IMG/VR virus record: IMGVR_UViG_3300044229_003739
Location: 1 to 35,890 of that record
DNA from: a virus
Lineage: Duplodnaviria > Caudoviricetes
Length of the DNA: 35,890 bases
Strand: one strand, 5' to 3'
Shown here: in pieces, positions 34,817-35,890 of the stretch
How positions within the stretch are numbered: the stretch's first letter is position 1
Layout: each line of letters begins with the position of its first letter
Notes under the pieces: generated by a model
Seen by the model: only the letters and a program-made list of their open reading frames with translations
Told to the model about the DNA's origin: nothing
Database searches by the model: none
Program-made: the position numbers and the translations under genes

Positions 34817-35600
34817 CCCAATCATTCCCTGGATGGGCGGCAAGCGCCGCCTTGCTGACAAAATCTTTGCGCTGATGCCGCCGCACCAATGCTATGTTGA
34901 GCCCTTCGCAGGCGGCGCAGCGCTCTATTTCCTGCGGCCAACGCCCGCCGAGGTAGAGGTGCTCAACGATGTCAACGGCGACTTGGTAAATCTATATCGT
35001 GTCGTTCAGAACCATCTTGAGGAGTTCGTCCGGCAGTTCAAATGGGCGCTTTCCAGCCGCCAGGTATTCGAGTGGCTCAAGATGACACGGCCGGAGACGC
35101 TCACTGACATCCAGCGGGCAGCCCGCTTCTACTACCTACAGCAAAACGCCTTCGGAGCCCGCATCGAAGGACAGAGCTTTGGCACCGCGACTACCACGAC
35201 GCCAGGCTTAAACCTGCTGCGCTTAGAGGAGACTCTATCAGCAGCCCATTTGCGCCTATCAAGCACCTTTATAGAACACCTAAGCTGGCAGGATTGCATT
35301 GAGCGATATGACCGTCCCCACACCCTCTTTTATATGGACCCACCCTACTGGCAGACAGAAGGATATGGGGTACCCTTTGGCATAGAGCAGTACGAGGAAA
35401 TGGCGCGCATGCTGGCCAAGCTCCAAGGTAAGGCCATCATCAGCCTCAACGACCACCCAGACATCCGCCGGATCTTCGCGGACTACCACATCGAAACCAC
35501 CGACATCCGCTATACCGTCGGCGGTGGCAAAGGCTCAGACGCCAAAGAGGTGCTGATCTTCAGCTGGGATCTGGATGAAGAGCCAGCGGGACTGTTTTGA
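34809..35600 (+). CDS. dam: DNA adenine methyltransferase, Dam/D12 class, at the mom position
   Basis: PWMGGK; YVEPFAGG; LNDVN..LVNLY; FYMDPPY; GTG start with RBS AAGGAG inside com. Target specificity unknown. Confidence 0.9.
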   Translation: MANPIIPWMGGKRRLADKIFALMPPHQCYVEPFAGGAALYFLRPTPAEVEVLNDVNGDLVNLYRVVQNHLEEFVRQFKWALSSRQVFEWLKMTRPETLTDIQRAARFYYLQQNAFGARIEGQSFGTATTTTPGLNLLRLEETLSAAHLRLSSTFIEHLSWQDCIERYDRPHTLFYMDPPYWQTEGYGVPFGIEQYEEMARMLAKLQGKAIISLNDHPDIRRIFADYHIETTDIRYTVGGGKGSDAKEVLIFSWDLDEEPAGLF

Positions 35601-35608
35601 GAAAATTT

Positions 35609-35890
35609 ATGTGCGAACTACCTAATAGAAATGCTGTGCCAGGAGATTGGATCGTCTGCTTTGATAGCGTGGAAAACCGCTTAACGCGTATTCGTTTCAG
35701 TGATCCGAAAGATTCAGAGGCTTGCAAGGTTGCATGTTTTTGCCTTTTGAAGCAAAGCGTCGAGCAAGTCCAGGAACTTAATAAAAAGCCACCTGATCAG
35801 CTTACTTTTGACCTTGTGTATGAAGTCGCGCAGCGCATTCTAAATAGCGGAGAGTGCAATAGGATGAAATTGACAGACTCTAGCTGGTGA
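35609..35890 (+). CDS. Hypothetical AT-rich ORF (terminal moron or flanking host DNA)
   Basis: 93 aa from ATG 35609 (or TTG 35597); no recognisable motif; weak RBS. Confidence 0.4.
   Translation: MCELPNRNAVPGDWIVCFDSVENRLTRIRFSDPKDSEACKVACFCLLKQSVEQVQELNKKPPDQLTFDLVYEVAQRILNSGECNRMKLTDSSW

Larger units (their letters stand above)
1..35600. mobile_element. Mu-like transposable prophage (contractile tail); ends not resolved within the window
   Basis: DDE transposase plus MuB-like ATPase, ner, gemA, mor, and Mu gp27-gp48-like head/tail genes in Mu order, ending in com and a methylase. Confidence 0.97.

Noticed and set aside
35601-35645. TGTGCG/TGTGCC words as possible right-end transposase sites
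   Set aside because: Too short and degenerate, and the left end is not in the window for comparison
1-35890. CRISPR arrays, tRNA/rRNA genes, IS elements, invertase, reverse transcriptase/DGR, acr-aca operon
   Set aside because: No repeat-spacer periodicity, cloverleaf, second transposase, serine recombinase, RT motif or small HTH aca-like gene at the accessory locus was seen by eye

Overview
This window holds a nearly complete Mu-like transposable prophage (myovirus-type) of about 35.6 kb, running from the stop codon of the immunity repressor to just past com and a DNA adenine methyltransferase gene. Gene order follows Mu: S24-type repressor, then divergently ner, transposase A, ATPase B, semi-essential early genes, gemA, mor, lysis genes, terminase, portal, MuF, G, protease/scaffold, capsid, head-tail genes, sheath, tube, chaperone, tape measure, baseplate, a short fibre, com and the methylase. 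The TG...CA att ends are not recognisable in the window. The host is probably a GC-rich gammaproteobacterium, possibly Halomonas-like (weak inference from acidic proteins and codon style). The most notable items are (1) a complete type II hammerhead ribozyme fold at 8228-8282 inside the early operon upstream of gemA-mor, (2) a convergent, AT-richer DUF488 plus partner pair in the G-to-protease slot where Pseudomonas Mu-like phages carry anti-CRISPR operons, (3) a multi-hairpin leader before an unannotated com gene coupled to a Dam-like methylase in place of mom, (4) a Mu-type -2 frameshift in the tail chaperone, (5) a duplicated 18-bp late-promoter motif, and (6) several morons and small ORFs absent from the ORF track, plus one ORF with an in-frame amber codon. 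All family assignments come from motif recognition and synteny; no database search was run.
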